A stretch of 50,314 nucleotides of DNA, the filler included, from Sphacelaria rigidula (lineage: Eukaryota): NCBI GenBank assembly GCA_964200075.2. It is 3 parts of 3 records of this genome, joined end to end, with 100 filler letters (N's around TTAATTAATTAA, not from the genome) between each part and the next. Parts side by side here need not be neighbours in the genome. Positions count along the whole stretch, not along the records: positions 33,611 to 50,314 come from CAXNAA020001272.1; 2 more parts are not named here. One strand, written 5' to 3'. A program made the translations under genes and the position numbers. Under the pieces are notes generated by a model. The model worked only from the letters and a program-made list of their open reading frames with translations. It searched no databases and had not been told where the DNA came from. Within the stretch, counting starts at the first letter, position 1; the number at the start of each line of letters is the position of its first letter. Below, piece after piece: positions 47,791 through 50,314 of this stretch.

Positions 47791-50247
47791 CTGTACGTTT
47801 TGTTCTTGGAACTATCCCTCATACCTGTCGCTCACATTGATCCGCAGGCAATGGGGTTTCGTGCCTGGTTTGTGTATTTCTTGCTTCTCAAGCTCCAGGG
47901 TTTGTACCCTACACCGTACCGAACGTGCTTCGAAGGATCATTTAGGTTGCTGTTTAGTGAACCCTGGTCCTTTTTTGTGGTCATCAAATTACTCGATTTT
48001 CGGTCTAAGTGGTAAGTACATATCCCGTGAGAAAATCGTGTTGACGGCGGACGTCGCATGTCCGATGATACTGATTGGTCGGTTTGTTGCTGGCTTGGCC
48101 TGAGACAGAGAACTAGGAGTCAAAATACGCTGCGGCAACTGTTGTCTCAGACGGTAACCAAATGTTGTCATTTTTCATCCCTAAAAGAGTGAAATATTGC
48201 AGAGTACGAGGACTGTTGAGACGCTTGCAGCTACTCGAAGTCATTGAGAGGGCACGGGGGGGTGGGATGGGGCATTCCCTCCCATTTCTTCTCGTGTAGT
48301 AGACCACGTGGAGCTTTCCTCCCCATTTTTCATGTCAATATGGCATCACCCTTGTGTCCCCAGGTGGGGGTTGGAAGAGAGGGCCTTTTCGTCGGGATAT
48401 TGACGGAGGAATGTTGCCCTGTGAATAAATCTGTCCAGGGGCGCAATAAGTCTGTCCAGGGGCGCAATATTAAATCTGAGTAAGCCCCTCGGACACAGAA
48501 ATGCGGAGGATAATACACCCTCCATTGCCACCACACTGACGTGCGTTTTATCAGATGGTGAACGGGTACTATGCAAGCTGGGTATCCGCACAACGCATTC
48601 TTGCTCCCTTGGGCGGTGTGAATCCCGAGAACATGTATAAGCATTGTACGAAAAAGCGCCCAGTCTGTTTTTCGACCTCGGGGGCTACCGAAGGGCCTAC
48701 AGAAGGACGGCGGTAAATGGTTTGTTCATGTTCACATAGATCGGAGATTCTGATGTGCTCCACGACGCACTCGTGAACATTACACGTAGTCAATCAGTTT
48801 GACAAAGCATCTTGGTCGCCAGGGGAGCTAGATGGGTGGCTATTAGTGGGTTCGTCTGTCTGCGGTCGGGAGGTGAGGGGTAAAGTAGCAACAACTATTC
48901 CACAGCATAGTATATATTTATATGTGTCGGTTTGCTTTTATCCGGTGTATGACAATCATTCTTCGAGAAGCTTCGCCGTGAAAACAGAGGGAAGAACAGC
49001 GATCGCATGCCATCGTCACACATACATGTACGTACAATAATACATGAACAACCAATGGGCGCGTGGATCTGCGTACCGTACATGTTTGCCACGCCTGCGT
49101 CTGCGTGTCGAACGTGGTGGGCACTGATGCATGCATACTTGGTTGACACTCTGAAGCCAATAACTAGCAGGAGCTTGTTTGTTGTCGTCTCCGTATGGCC
49201 ATGCTGGGAGACATTGAAGCATCGCTCATTGAAACAACTCTCAAATCACGAGTGGCGTCCGCGCCTCGTTTTCCCTCCCCCATAGCCCATGGAAGTAATT
49301 TACCCGGGCTCTCAACGAGCTCGAGGTCCACGCCGGTGAGGCAGGTACAAAATGTACCTCGACGAGCTCGAGGTCCTCGCCGGCGGGGCAGGTACAAAAG
49401 ATAGCTCTCCAAGAGGGTATGGGTGGTGGGTGATGTATGTCACGAATAACCGATCACGAATAAATGTAACGATAACTCTAATCCCCCTTTGGGGTTTTTT
49501 CTTGTTGCCAGTCGTCACCTGGAAGTCGAATATTGTCATCACTGATCCCCGACGTCCTGAGAAAAGTCGGGGTCGAGCTGACAGCTGCAAGCAGACACCC
49601 AAATACCCCACGACACAATGAGGTAAACGACGCTGGGAAGGGAACACACAAGGAAGCGAAAAAGAGGCAAGCAGATGCAAACAAGTCTTCTGACTCAAAA
49701 AGATGAGGCAATGCGCTACCGACTGTGCGGTAGTGCATGTATTAGCCATGCGTGTTCCTTCTCACCTTTCTCTTTCCTACTTCTTGATTCTTTGCTTTTT
49801 TCATTCCGTCTGCTCGTCGTCGGAAAACACGCTATTGCGAAAGGCAGAGGGAAAACTCGGGAAGGCATCCAGAGACTGGAAAAATAAGAGGGCAGACGCT
49901 GCGAGGATTGAAAGAAAGATCCTACCCACGGCTGACCCGGCCGCGACTGAACAAAGTGTTTTCGACTACCTTCGTCCCATAGCAACTTATTCAAACCAAA
50001 CTTGGAGCTTTCCAGCGTCTGACACGCGTTGTGCGCGCAGGGTGTAGGATCGTCCGCACACTTATTTTCACAATCACTCACCCGCGCCATTGCTGCGGGA
50101 ACGACAACCGCTCGAACTGTTTCGCAGTGAGGAGAAAAAAGGGTCACGCTACGGTTCACAACGACGGGGGAAGCGGAAATGTTCACACAATGCCCCGATT
50201 CTTGTAACAGCCCGCTTCTCTCTCATCCTTTCGGGAGATACAACAGA

Positions 50248-50314
50248 TAACGGCCGATTTTCGAAAATGGGGTTAAAAAAAAAAATGAGGTTCAACTCAA
50301 AAGCCATGCTTTCC
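50248..50314. mobile_element. Terminus of a second copy of the 38839-39244 foldback family (runs off the window)
   Basis: GATTTTCGAAAATGGGGTT...AAATGAGGTTCAACTCAAAAGC matches 38847-38895. Confidence 0.7.

Overview
Eukaryotic nuclear DNA, most likely from a stramenopile alga. A brown alga is my inference, based on many short exons separated by long GT-AG introns, TTAGGG-type repeats, a nucleus-encoded RimM and a CIPK-type kinase. The window is three contigs joined by artificial N44-TTAATTAATTAA-N44 spacers (16706-16805, 33511-33610). Four spliced genes can be built by hand: a partial Deg/HtrA serine protease (+, exons 14511-14688 and 15790-15933), a complete 9-exon CIPK/SnRK3-like kinase (+, 21642-30130, 436 aa, no visible NAF motif), the 3' part of rimM (-, 30988-32104) and a 13-exon DUF389 membrane protein (+, 35544-47790, about 478 aa). 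The first 14 kb and most introns hold decayed transposons: hAT and probable piggyBac transposase relics, several MITEs and foldback palindromes, a tRNA-derived SINE, and an RTE-like LINE whose conserved 3' end recurs several times and is twice next to telomeric repeats. I found no CRISPR array, rRNA or intact tRNA, and no clear new multi-gene system. The best leads are the telomere-repeat-linked retroelement ends, the NAF-less CIPK-like kinase and a possible cryptic minus-strand gene at about 17.9-20.7 kb. All calls come from reading the sequence; no searches were run.
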